The notes under the pieces were generated by a model that saw only the letters and a list, made by a program, of their open reading frames with translations, did no database searches and was not told where the DNA came from. Position numbers and translations under genes: made by a program. This document shows, one piece after another, positions 1 through 10,947 of a stretch of DNA of 64,000 nt. The stretch's first letter is position 1, and each line of letters begins with the position of its first letter. The DNA is taken from contig CALGSZ010000105.1 in the NCBI GenBank assembly GCA_937901745.1, positions 122,028 through 186,027 of the forward strand, read 5' to 3'. Source of the stretch: an uncultured Chloroflexota bacterium (GTDB lineage Bacteria > Chloroflexota > Chloroflexia > Thermomicrobiales > UBA6265).

Positions 1-346
1 CACGGCCAGTGCCAGCAACGAGCCGCCTCTCCGCATGGTGAGGAAGGGAACGCGACCTTTCTCACGACACGTCAACGCACCATTGGGATCGATTGCGCGT
101 GGAGACTCTGCCTGAGGAGGCGGCGCGAATTCGTGCACCGTGTCCGATCCGCGCCCGCCGCGCTGACTATAATGACTCGGTGGAACAGCGATGAAGAGCC
201 GGGACGACGCCACATCACGGTCGCGAATCGCGACTCACCAGATCTATCCCAGCGCAAACCTGCTGCCAGCTTCCGGACTCGCTCGGCTGGTGGCGCATCG
301 GTGATCCCGGTCTGAGCGAAATTTCTCAGCACGCAAGGAGCGCGAG

Positions 347-1681
347 GTGACGATGCCTTCCCCCGGTCAGAAAACCGAGACCGCTTTCCAGATGGACACA
401 TCGTCCATCAAGTTCGGGCCAGGTGTGACACGAGAGGTCGGCGCGGACATGCGCGCGCTCTCCTGCACACGGGTAATGGTCGTCACCGACCCGAATCTCG
501 CGCAGCTCGATCCCGTGCGTATCACGCTCGAATCGCTCCAGGCCGAAGGGATCGAGGCCGTTCTGTATGATCGGGTTCGCGTCGAGCCGACCGATGCCTC
601 GCTCAAGGAGGCGATCGCCTTCGCGATTGACGGGCGGTTCGACGGGTACGTGGCGGTCGGCGGCGGCTCGGCGATGGACACGGCGAAGGCCGCGAATCTC
701 TACGCCACCTTCCCCGCCGAGTTCCTCGCCTATGTCAACCCGCCGATCGGCGAGGGCCGCCCGGTGCCTGGCCGACTTCGGCCGCTCGTCGCCATCCCGA
801 CGACCGCCGGCACTGGCAGCGAGACAACCGGCGTGGCGATCTTCGATCTCGACTTGAGCCGGCACAAGGGTGAGACAGGCGGAGCGCCTGGCTTGCACGC
901 CAAGACCGGCATCGCTCACCGCGCGCTGCGGCCGGTGCTCGGCATCATTGACCCCGCGAACACGCGGACGTTGCCGCCAATGGTCGCCGCCTGCTCGGGC
1001 TTGGACGTCCTCTCGCACGCCATCGAGTCGTACACCGCGCTGCCCTACAACCAGCGCCCGGCGCCGGAGCATCCGAAGCTACGGCCCGCGTACCAGGGAG
1101 CTAACCCGATCAGCGATGTCTGGGCCTGCCGCGCGATGGAGATGGTCGCCCAGAATATCGTCGCCGCGGTCGAGGATCCCACCAACGACGAGGCGCGCAG
1201 CCAGATGCTGCTCGCGGCCGCGTTCGCGGGCATCGGCTTCGGCAACGCGGGCGTGCACCTGCCGCACGGGATGTCGTACCCGATCTCGGGCATGGTGCGC
1301 GACTATACCCCGCCCGACTACAAGGTCGATCACCCGATCATCCCGCACGGGATGTCGGTCATTCTCACCGCCCCGGCCGTCTTCCGCTTCACGGCGCCCG
1401 CCAATCCAGAGCGCCACCTCACGGCCGCCCGGCTTCTCGGCGCGGATGTCGAAGGCGCCCGGCCCGAGGATGCCGGCGAGATTTTGGCACAGGCGATCAT
1501 CAAGATCATGCGGGCGGTTGGAATGCCAAACGGATTGGCCGCGGTTGGCTTCACTCCGGACGACGTGGACAAGCTCGTGGCGGGGACGCTGCCGCAGCAC
1601 CGCGTGACGAAGCTTTCGCCCCGTCCAGCATCGGCGGAGGATCTGCGGCAACTGTTCCTGGAATCCATGACGCTTTGGTAG
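347..1681 (+). CDS. Iron-containing (group III) alcohol dehydrogenase family, hydroxyacid-oxoacid transhydrogenase (ADHFE1/HOT)-like
   Basis: 444-aa ORF. Family motifs VAVGGGSAMDTAKAANL, AIPTTAGTGSETT and GNAGVHLPHGMSYPISG. AAGGAG lies 6 nt upstream of GTG-347; the in-frame ATG at 353 is an alternative start. Confidence 0.9.
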   Translation: MTMPSPGQKTETAFQMDTSSIKFGPGVTREVGADMRALSCTRVMVVTDPNLAQLDPVRITLESLQAEGIEAVLYDRVRVEPTDASLKEAIAFAIDGRFDGYVAVGGGSAMDTAKAANLYATFPAEFLAYVNPPIGEGRPVPGRLRPLVAIPTTAGTGSETTGVAIFDLDLSRHKGETGGAPGLHAKTGIAHRALRPVLGIIDPANTRTLPPMVAACSGLDVLSHAIESYTALPYNQRPAPEHPKLRPAYQGANPISDVWACRAMEMVAQNIVAAVEDPTNDEARSQMLLAAAFAGIGFGNAGVHLPHGMSYPISGMVRDYTPPDYKVDHPIIPHGMSVILTAPAVFRFTAPANPERHLTAARLLGADVEGARPEDAGEILAQAIIKIMRAVGMPNGLAAVGFTPDDVDKLVAGTLPQHRVTKLSPRPASAEDLRQLFLESMTLW

Positions 1682-1708
1682 CACGGTCCCGCCAGCGCCA
1701 TTCGAGCG

Positions 1709-2494
1709 CTACGCCGCGGTCCAACCGGCGTCGGCGGTGATGATCGCGCCATTGATGTGCCGGGACTCATCCGAGGCCAGGAACAGCGCGAGCGAGGCGA
1801 TATCGTCCGGGCTCAGGATCGCCGGGATCAGCGCCGCGTAGGCACCGGTCCGTTCGACGCCTGCCGGATCCAGCCGGTCGGGCGGCATCGTCTCCGAAAT
1901 GTTGGTCGCGGTCGCTCCTGGACAGATGGCGTTGCACCGCAGCCCGCGCTTGGCGTACATCCACGCCGTGTTGCGCGTCAGGCCGATCACCGCGTGCTTC
2001 GCGGCCGTGTAGGCCACGCCGGCGGCTCCGCCGCGCAGACCGCCGACCGAGGCCACATTGATAATCGAGCCACTACCCTGGCTCAGCATCTGCTTGACCG
2101 CCCGGCGGCTCGTGTACATCGGGCCGTCGAGGTTGATGCTGAGGACGCGACGCCAGATCTCGTCGGTGACCTCCCCGACCCCCTGCATGTAATCCATCAC
2201 GCCCGCGTTGTTGCAGAGTACGTCGAGGCGGCCATGCGTACTAACCGCCAGATCAACGAGGGCTTCCGCGGACGCCCGGTCGGAGATATCGCCAGACAAC
2301 CCGACGATTGTCCCGCCTGACTCGCGGATGCTTGCGACCGCGGCATCGAGCCGCTCCTTGTTCCAATCGCCGGCGACGATCGCGGCGCCCTCTGCCGCGA
2401 ACCGCGTCGCGATCGCCAGCCCGATGCCCGAGGCCGCGCCGGTGATGACGGCAACCTTCCGTTCAAGCCTCATCGTGTTTCCCCTCGTATCCAA
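1709..2494 (-). CDS. Short-chain dehydrogenase/reductase (SDR)
   Basis: 261-aa ORF. Cofactor motif ITGAASGIGLAIA (TGxxxGxG), NNAG, and catalytic YxxxK (YTAAKHAV). Confidence 0.9.
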   Translation of the reverse strand: MDTRGNTMRLERKVAVITGAASGIGLAIATRFAAEGAAIVAGDWNKERLDAAVASIRESGGTIVGLSGDISDRASAEALVDLAVSTHGRLDVLCNNAGVMDYMQGVGEVTDEIWRRVLSINLDGPMYTSRRAVKQMLSQGSGSIINVASVGGLRGGAAGVAYTAAKHAVIGLTRNTAWMYAKRGLRCNAICPGATATNISETMPPDRLDPAGVERTGAYAALIPAILSPDDIASLALFLASDESRHINGAIITADAGWTAA

Positions 2495-2550
2495 TCCGAA
2501 TCACGGAGCGCAAACCCCGGAGCGGATCCGAGCCGCGACAGTGAAGGGAA

Positions 2551-4752
<2,202 letters not shown>

Positions 4753-4974
4753 TCCCACGCACGCTCCCCGCGTTTGCCGCAACTCCCCTGGACCATGTTC
4801 TGTCCGGAATCCCACGGAATCCGCATACGCACGATGTATGCCGCACGACTGACACACCTGACGCCGATGTCACCGGCTGGCACGGGGGATGCAGCCCGCT
4901 GTGTACGTCCGAATGTGCCCGAGGTTCGGGCATGGCGAAAGCCGGCGGACGTTGCAATACGGGAGGAAGCGGAT

Positions 4975-5853
4975 ATGGAGCAGCGACTGACACAAGCTCG
5001 AGCACGGCTCCTCGTCCCGGCCGTCGTCCTTGCTCTGGCGCTGGCGTGGCTCGTCAGTCCTTCGCTCGGTGCTCAAGGGACTCCGGAACCGATGGCGGGG
5101 CCATCCTTGCCGGTGGCGATCCACCAAGGCACCTGCGACCAGCCGGTAGCCGAGACGGCGTTCGAGCTTGGCAATGCGATGACGTTTGGACTAGAGGCCG
5201 ATGAAGAGGACGATGAGCCTCAGGCTGACGAGATTCGCGGCACCTCTCCGGATGTGCCGGTCTTGCGAGCGCAAGCCACGATCGACGCGACATTTGACGA
5301 CCTACTCGACCAGCCGCACCTGATCGCGGTGCACGAGAGCACCCAGGCAATGGGGACGATCATCGCCTGCGGCAATCTCGGCGGCGTCGTTGACGACGGA
5401 CGACTCGCGGTCGCCATCCTCCCAACGCAAGAGGGCGGGCCGACCGGCGTCGCCATTCTGGACGAGGACACGGAAGGGATCCTCGGGATCGGTGAGGATC
5501 AAGTCCGGATCGCTGTCTACCTGGTAAGCGCGGGCGCCGCTCCCGGTGCGGCTGCCACGCCCGGCGCCACGACCGGCAACGTGGTCGAGGTCGGGTTGAC
5601 CGAGTTCACGATCGACATGCCCACTAGTCTGCCCGCCGGCCGGACGATCTTCCGGGTGACGAACAACGGCACAGTGGAGCACAACTTCGAGATCGAGGGG
5701 CAGGGGATCGAGGAGGAGTTCGAGGATGACCTCCAGCCCGGCGAGACTCGCGAGATGATCGTCGACCTGCAGCCAGGAACGTATGAGATCTACTGCCCGG
5801 TCGACGACCACGAGGATGAGGGCATGCGCCTCGACCTTACGGTCACTTCGTAA
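4975..5853 (+). CDS. Secreted two-domain copper protein: N-terminal Cu,Zn-SOD/CHRD-like domain plus C-terminal type-1 cupredoxin (paralog of 33756..34601)
   Basis: ATG-4975 follows GGGAGGA. Signal peptide ...LVSPSLGA/QG. N-domain motifs AIHQGTC and IAVHES...IIACGNLGG. C-domain has cupredoxin ligands H (VEHNF) and C-x4-H-x4-M (YCPVDDHEDEGM). The track ORF start at 4069 is an antisense read-through of glgX. Confidence 0.75.
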   Translation: MEQRLTQARARLLVPAVVLALALAWLVSPSLGAQGTPEPMAGPSLPVAIHQGTCDQPVAETAFELGNAMTFGLEADEEDDEPQADEIRGTSPDVPVLRAQATIDATFDDLLDQPHLIAVHESTQAMGTIIACGNLGGVVDDGRLAVAILPTQEGGPTGVAILDEDTEGILGIGEDQVRIAVYLVSAGAAPGAAATPGATTGNVVEVGLTEFTIDMPTSLPAGRTIFRVTNNGTVEHNFEIEGQGIEEEFEDDLQPGETREMIVDLQPGTYEIYCPVDDHEDEGMRLDLTVTS

Positions 5854-5925
5854 CCCGGAGCGCCGGTCGATCTAGACTCAGTGGCGTCACGGGATGCTGA
5901 TAAGCTTCTCCGGCGCCAGACGGCA

Positions 5926-5955
5926 GACGACCTCGGGTAAAACCCCGAGGTCGTC
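5926..5955. terminator. Bidirectional hairpin between convergent genes
   Basis: Perfect 12-bp stem GACGACCTCGGG / CCCGAGGTCGTC with a 6-nt loop TAAAAC. It lies between the stop at 5853 (+) and the stop at 6014 (-). Confidence 0.6.
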
Positions 5956-6013
5956 GCACTCATGTCGTGATTGCCCGCTTCATCGGCGCGACAACACAGG
6001 CCACGCCAGTGTC

Positions 6014-6838
6014 CTATCGCCGCCGAGCGAGGACGTTCAAGTAGGCCAGCTCTGGGTGATTCCGAGCCGCCTCGGTCAGACGCTGCCGCTGCCGCTCGTC
6101 GGGCGGGCCAAGATCGAGGTCCCGCTCCCGCAGGCGGCTCATCGTCTCTCGCATCGCGTCCCAATCGGCGCTGGTTGCCCGCGCTGCGAAGACGAGATCG
6201 AAGCCCGCCTCATCGAGCGCGGCGAAGAACGCTTCCTCGCCGATCAGACTCTCACCGAAGACGAAGCGCATGAGATCGGACGGCGAGCCGGGCGCGACAA
6301 GATCGCCGCAGATGAGATGGCCGCCAGGCGCGCACCAGCGAGCTGCCGTCGCCAATCCGCCGGTCAGCCCACCCGGCAGCGTGTCCGAGAGGGCGCCGCC
6401 GAGCCCGAGAACGAGATCGAACGAAGCATCCTCAAACGCCGCCACCGCCTCGGCGCCATCCATCGCCCGGAAGGTGACGAGCTTGCCCACGCCGCGCGCG
6501 TTGGCGCTCTGCCTGCCGAAGGCGGTGTAGGGCGGATAGTTATCGAACGCCACGACGCGGCAACCGAACGCCTCCGCCAGATCGATCGCGGCCGAGCCGA
6601 TGCCACACTCGATATCCACCACCCGCGTGCCGGGCTGGATCCCCGCCAGCAGCGCCGCCGCAATGAGAAACCGTCGCCCACCCGGCGACTGGTAGTACGC
6701 CTCCGGAGAGAGGCGGGACAGGATGGATTCCAAGGAGCGCTCGCTCCGCACTGCCTGCACCGTGTTTCCCCTCGCTCCCGCGACTCTCGAACCGCTACTC
6801 CGCCAGTGGACCCGTCGCCAGCGCCAGCATATCGGCAA
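6014..6838 (-). CDS. Class I SAM-dependent methyltransferase
   Basis: 274-aa ORF with SAM-binding motif VVDIECGIGSAAIDLA. Start is uncertain: the ORF-track start at 6838 overlaps the hom 3' end by 44 nt. Confidence 0.75.
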   Translation of the reverse strand: MPICWRWRRVHWRSSGSRVAGARGNTVQAVRSERSLESILSRLSPEAYYQSPGGRRFLIAAALLAGIQPGTRVVDIECGIGSAAIDLAEAFGCRVVAFDNYPPYTAFGRQSANARGVGKLVTFRAMDGAEAVAAFEDASFDLVLGLGGALSDTLPGGLTGGLATAARWCAPGGHLICGDLVAPGSPSDLMRFVFGESLIGEEAFFAALDEAGFDLVFAARATSADWDAMRETMSRLRERDLDLGPPDERQRQRLTEAARNHPELAYLNVLARRR

Positions 6839-7913
6839 CGACGCCAGCAGCCGTCACCGCGGCTCCCGCGCCAGGACCGGTGACGGTCAGTGGATAGTCA
6901 TCGTATCGGCTGGTTCGGAATGTGATGATGTTCTCCGGCCCCTGAAGCGCGCCGAGCACGGTGTTGGACGCGACCGCCCGTACACCGACAGAGATCGGCT
7001 CATCTGGCCGGACGGTAGCGACGTACTTGAGCACCTTCCCCTCGGCTCGCGCCTCTTCTGCCCGCGCGGCCATCGCGGGATCGGACTCGCTCGCTCGGTC
7101 GAGGAATTCCGCAACGCTCACCGAGCGCAGCTCCTCTGGCACGAGGTTCTCGACGCTGATCTCAGCAAGATCGATCCGCCGCCCGAGCGTCCGCGCCAGG
7201 ATCAGCGCCTTTCGCGCCACATCGAGCCCGCTGAGATCGTCTCGCGGATCGGGCTCCGTGTAGCCTCGCTCCTTGGCGCTTCGCACCGCGGCGGAGAATG
7301 GCTTGCCAGCCGCCACGTCGGAGAAGATCGCGCCGAGCGTGCCGGACAGCGCGCCGACGATCTCGATCACCTGATCGCCGGTGTCGAGGAGCGAGCGCAG
7401 CGTCGAGATGACGGGCAGTCCAGCGCCGCAGGTCGTCTCGTAGCGGACCCGGCCTCGTGGCCCGGCGCACGCCCAGAGCGCATCTCCCACGGCCCCGGCC
7501 GGCATCGCCAGCGGCGCCTTATTGGATAGGGCGAGGCCAGCGCCGCGCTCCAGCGCGAAGGCATCGATCTCCGCCGTCCTGTCGCCGACCGCCGTGTCGA
7601 GGACGATAGTCGGGCCGAGGCGCGTGACCCGCTCGATCACGTCGCGCGGATCGCGGATCGTCAGGCCAAACTCCGCCGCGATGTCGGGCATTGCGCGGCG
7701 GCTCGCTCGGGCCTCGCAGACGCCGCGCAGTGTCGCATCACTGTACCCGCCCGGGTCCTCGCAGGCGGTGCCTCCCTCGAGCTCGATCAGCCCTCGATAG
7801 TGGACCTCGATCCCGAGCGTCTCTCGCCAGCGCTCCCGATTGTCGAGCACCTGCTCGATCGTCGTCCGGCCAATCAGGCCGACGCCAACTTGGATCAGAT
7901 TGATTACGCTCAC
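6795..7913 (-). CDS. hom: Homoserine dehydrogenase (stand-alone ThrA/MetL-type HD domain)
   Basis: 372-aa ORF. N-terminal Rossmann GVGLIG. The block GYTEPDPRDDLSGLDVARKALILAR matches homoserine dehydrogenase catalytic domains. thrB and thrC lie on the same strand nearby. Confidence 0.85.
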   Translation of the reverse strand: MSVINLIQVGVGLIGRTTIEQVLDNRERWRETLGIEVHYRGLIELEGGTACEDPGGYSDATLRGVCEARASRRAMPDIAAEFGLTIRDPRDVIERVTRLGPTIVLDTAVGDRTAEIDAFALERGAGLALSNKAPLAMPAGAVGDALWACAGPRGRVRYETTCGAGLPVISTLRSLLDTGDQVIEIVGALSGTLGAIFSDVAAGKPFSAAVRSAKERGYTEPDPRDDLSGLDVARKALILARTLGRRIDLAEISVENLVPEELRSVSVAEFLDRASESDPAMAARAEEARAEGKVLKYVATVRPDEPISVGVRAVASNTVLGALQGPENIITFRTSRYDDYPLTVTGPGAGAAVTAAGVVADMLALATGPLAE

Positions 7914-7938
7914 GCCCTGCTACTCCGGCTCTATGACG

Positions 7939-10059
7939 TCAGTCCTCTGGGTCTTCTTGGTGTTCGCTCTCGGTCTCCGTCGCCGCCGGCGACTCCGGCC
8001 GGCCACCGTGCCGCGGCAGGCGGCCACCCTCTATCGTCTCCGCCAGCCCACCTACTTGGCTCCGCACGATCTCCCGGCCCGTGGCGGCGAGCCTGCTGGC
8101 AAGGTCGACGACATCATGCCGTGTGACGGAGACGCGCCGGAGCTGAGACAGGTTCGGCAACGGTGGGAGACTGCCGAGCTGTGGCAACTGCGGGAGATGA
8201 GGACGCGGTGGCAGCGTCGGCAAAGAGAGCTGGCGGTGCTCCCACCGGTCGCGGAGGTCGAGCAGCGACCGGCTGATCGTCCGCTGCAGTTCTTGCAGCT
8301 CGCGGAGCTCGCGGCGAGCTGCCTCTTGTCCCTCTGGCGTCGCCTGCCCGAGCGTCCGCACTTTGCGGGCACGCTCATCGAGCAGACGTCGCGGCGCCAT
8401 CCCAACGATTTCGGCAAACGCGGAGCTGATCGCGCTGCGTAGCATCGCGGCTGCATGTCCGGGATCGGCGTGGGCTGCCGGCTCTGGCTCGGGCACAACT
8501 GCATCCACCACACCGAGCCGCAGGCAATCGCGAGCGGTGAGGTGCAGCGCGGCAGCGCCATCTCCAGGCCGCTCCGGATCGCGGCCAAGACCGGCCTCGG
8601 CGCTGAGCACGCTGTAGACGGCATGCTCGAGCATCAGGACGCGGTCGCCAACGCCGAGCGCGAGCGCGCCAGCGCTCCCCGCCTCGCCGATGACGACCGT
8701 GACGATCGGGACCGGGAGCTGCACCATCAGGCCGAGCGCCTGCGCCAGCGCCATTCCGAGCCCGCCGGACTCGGCCTCGGCGCTGGTAGCGACACCCGGC
8801 GTATCGATCAGCGTCAGCAGCGGCAGATCGAGGTGCCCCGCCAGCCGCATCATCCGCACGGCTTTGCGATAGCCCTCGGCCGCCATGCGCCCGTGCCGGC
8901 GCAGCACCTGCTCATCGCCGCGTCCCCGCTCCTGAGCAATGACGCCGACGGTCACGCCGTCAATTCGGCCGAGCCCGCAGATCAATGCTGGATCGTCACC
9001 GCCCACCCGGTCGCCGTGCAGCTCGATGAAGACCGGCATCATGCGCTGGATGTAGTCGGCCGCCGTGGGCCGCTCTGGGTGCCGGGCCAGCGCGACTTCC
9101 TCGAGGGCTCGGAGGCCGGACTGCGAAGGCGTGGCTGCGACGGGTACGGCGCGCGGCATGCCGCGATGGGCGAAGAGATCGAGGAGTGCAGCCAGCAGAT
9201 CTCGCTGCCGCGTCCGGTCGACGATGTCGTCAATCAGCCCGCGCTCGAGCAGCGACTCCGCCGTTGAGATGACCGCTGCGCGGACCGAGGGATCCGGCGC
9301 GGCGCGGAAGCCGATATGCGCGCCGGGCTCAGCGAAGATGAAATCGGCCTGATTGGCAAGACCGGCGTAGACGGCGCCCGTGGTCGGGTGGGTCAAGAGA
9401 CTGATCAACGGCAGACCGGCCCGGTGCAATCGGGCGGCCGCGATCGCTAGCTTCGGCAGCTGCGCAAGGGACAGTAGTCCCTCCTGCTTTCGCCCCACGC
9501 CGCCGGAACAAATCGCGATGAGCGGCAGACGCCGATTCGCCGCTAGCTCCATCGCGAGCGTGACCTTTTCGCCGGCGACGACGCCGATGCTGCCGCCGAG
9601 GTAAGCGAAATCCAGGAGCACCAGGACGGCGCTCTGCCCGCCGATCGTTCCGACACCGGTGATGACCGCGTCGGAGATGCCGCTCCGCTCATGCTCCTCC
9701 GCGATTCGATCGGGGAGCGGGAGCGGGTCGCGAAACGTCAGCGGATCGACCGAGACGAGCTCCGCATTCGTTTCATAGAAGCTGCCGGGATCGACGAGCA
9801 GCCCCAGCCGCTCACGCGCGGGAAGCCAGAAGTGCCGCCGGCAATCAGGACAGATCCGGTAAGTCGAGAAGAGCTCCGCGCCGTCGAGACTGGAGCCGCA
9901 AGACGGACAAACGAGGTCAGCGTCGAGATCGCTCTCGTCTCCGTTCGCCATTGCTGGCGTCGGCGTGCGATCCGCCTCGTTGTCCGGAAAGCGTGGCGCT
10001 GCTCCCATGCCAATCTCACATCCTGCTCGAGCGACGCGCGGGCGAAGCGTCCGACCCAT
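7939..10059 (-). CDS. accD/accA: Acetyl-CoA carboxylase carboxyltransferase, fused beta (AccD) and alpha (AccA) subunits, with a long C-terminal extension
   Basis: 706-aa ORF. AccD zinc ribbon CPSCG...CPDCRRHF is followed by two carboxyltransferase halves in one frame. Start is uncertain (ORF-track start at 10059 or the MANGDES Met codon at 9951). Confidence 0.85.
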   Translation of the reverse strand: MGRTLRPRVARAGCEIGMGAAPRFPDNEADRTPTPAMANGDESDLDADLVCPSCGSSLDGAELFSTYRICPDCRRHFWLPARERLGLLVDPGSFYETNAELVSVDPLTFRDPLPLPDRIAEEHERSGISDAVITGVGTIGGQSAVLVLLDFAYLGGSIGVVAGEKVTLAMELAANRRLPLIAICSGGVGRKQEGLLSLAQLPKLAIAAARLHRAGLPLISLLTHPTTGAVYAGLANQADFIFAEPGAHIGFRAAPDPSVRAAVISTAESLLERGLIDDIVDRTRQRDLLAALLDLFAHRGMPRAVPVAATPSQSGLRALEEVALARHPERPTAADYIQRMMPVFIELHGDRVGGDDPALICGLGRIDGVTVGVIAQERGRGDEQVLRRHGRMAAEGYRKAVRMMRLAGHLDLPLLTLIDTPGVATSAEAESGGLGMALAQALGLMVQLPVPIVTVVIGEAGSAGALALGVGDRVLMLEHAVYSVLSAEAGLGRDPERPGDGAAALHLTARDCLRLGVVDAVVPEPEPAAHADPGHAAAMLRSAISSAFAEIVGMAPRRLLDERARKVRTLGQATPEGQEAARRELRELQELQRTISRSLLDLRDRWEHRQLSLPTLPPRPHLPQLPQLGSLPPLPNLSQLRRVSVTRHDVVDLASRLAATGREIVRSQVGGLAETIEGGRLPRHGGRPESPAATETESEHQEDPED

Positions 10060-10181
10060 CGTACGGAGTTCGAGGCCGGAGCGTCAATTCTGAACGTTCG
10101 CCGGTAGGCACGAATGCTATTCCCTGCCTTGAGGTGCATGGAGCGTCATAGAACCCCTGCTGGGCTCGCCTCCAGCGGTCC

Positions 10182-10886
10182 TCAGCTCGCGACGACCGTC
10201 TGCTCGGGCTGTTTCGCTGGCAACGCCTGGAACTCCTGGAGGAGCGCCTTCACTTCTTCATCCTCCACCGGCGAGAAGTCCTCGTAATAGAGGCCGACCG
10301 CCCAGAACGGTTCCGGCGTGAGCAGGCAGACCACCTCGTCCGCCTCCTCCCGTAGCACTGTGCATGCTTCCTCCGAGCCAACCGGCACGGCGACGACGAG
10401 CTTATCGGGTCCGCGCTTGCGCACCGACTGCACCGCCGCCGGCATCGTCGCGCCGGTCGCGAGCCCATCGTCGATGATGATGACCGTTCGCCCGGCCACC
10501 GCCGGCTCGGGTTTCGGCCCGCGGAAGCGTTCCTCGCGCCGCCGCGCTTCGGCCGACTCGCGCGCGATGATCGCGTTCAAGACGTCGTCAGTCACGCCGG
10601 CGTCAGCAATGACCTCGTAATTCAGGAACAGTCCACCGTTCGCCGTCATCGCGCCGAGGGCGAGCTCCGGCTGCAATGGCGCGCCGAGCTTGCGAGCGAC
10701 GATGACGTCGAGCTCGGCCCCGAGCCCGCGCGCTACCTCGGCGGCCACCGAGACACCTCCACGGGGTATGCCAAGGACAAGTGTGCCCGTTCCGCGGTAT
10801 TTCGCCAGCGCGTCGGCCAGCTGCCGGCCGGCGTCGACTCGATTCTTGTATGGCCGGTTGGACGGAGATAGCTCTACGGCTTCCAT
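10182..10886 (-). CDS. Phosphoribosyltransferase-family protein
   Basis: PRPP-binding loop VIIIDDGLATGATM. ATG-10886 (MEAVEL) has AGAGG upstream, whereas the track's GTG-10904 has no SD. Confidence 0.75.
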   Translation of the reverse strand: MEAVELSPSNRPYKNRVDAGRQLADALAKYRGTGTLVLGIPRGGVSVAAEVARGLGAELDVIVARKLGAPLQPELALGAMTANGGLFLNYEVIADAGVTDDVLNAIIARESAEARRREERFRGPKPEPAVAGRTVIIIDDGLATGATMPAAVQSVRKRGPDKLVVAVPVGSEEACTVLREEADEVVCLLTPEPFWAVGLYYEDFSPVEDEEVKALLQEFQALPAKQPEQTVVAS

Positions 10887-10947
10887 ATTCGCGACCTCTT
10901 GCACCGGAGGACCAGGGCCGATCTCGCCCTTTCCGGCACCGCGCTCC

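Noticed and set aside
1-36. Possible minus-strand gene start (ATG at 36, MRRGGSLLALAV...) running off the left edge
   Set aside because: Only 12 codons are visible and there is no convincing SD within 15 nt. This is too little evidence to call a feature.
72-401. 109-aa minus-strand ORF upstream of the Fe-ADH gene
   Set aside because: It overlaps the promoter, SD and 5' end of a well-supported gene, and the translation is Arg/Ser/Pro-rich without motifs.
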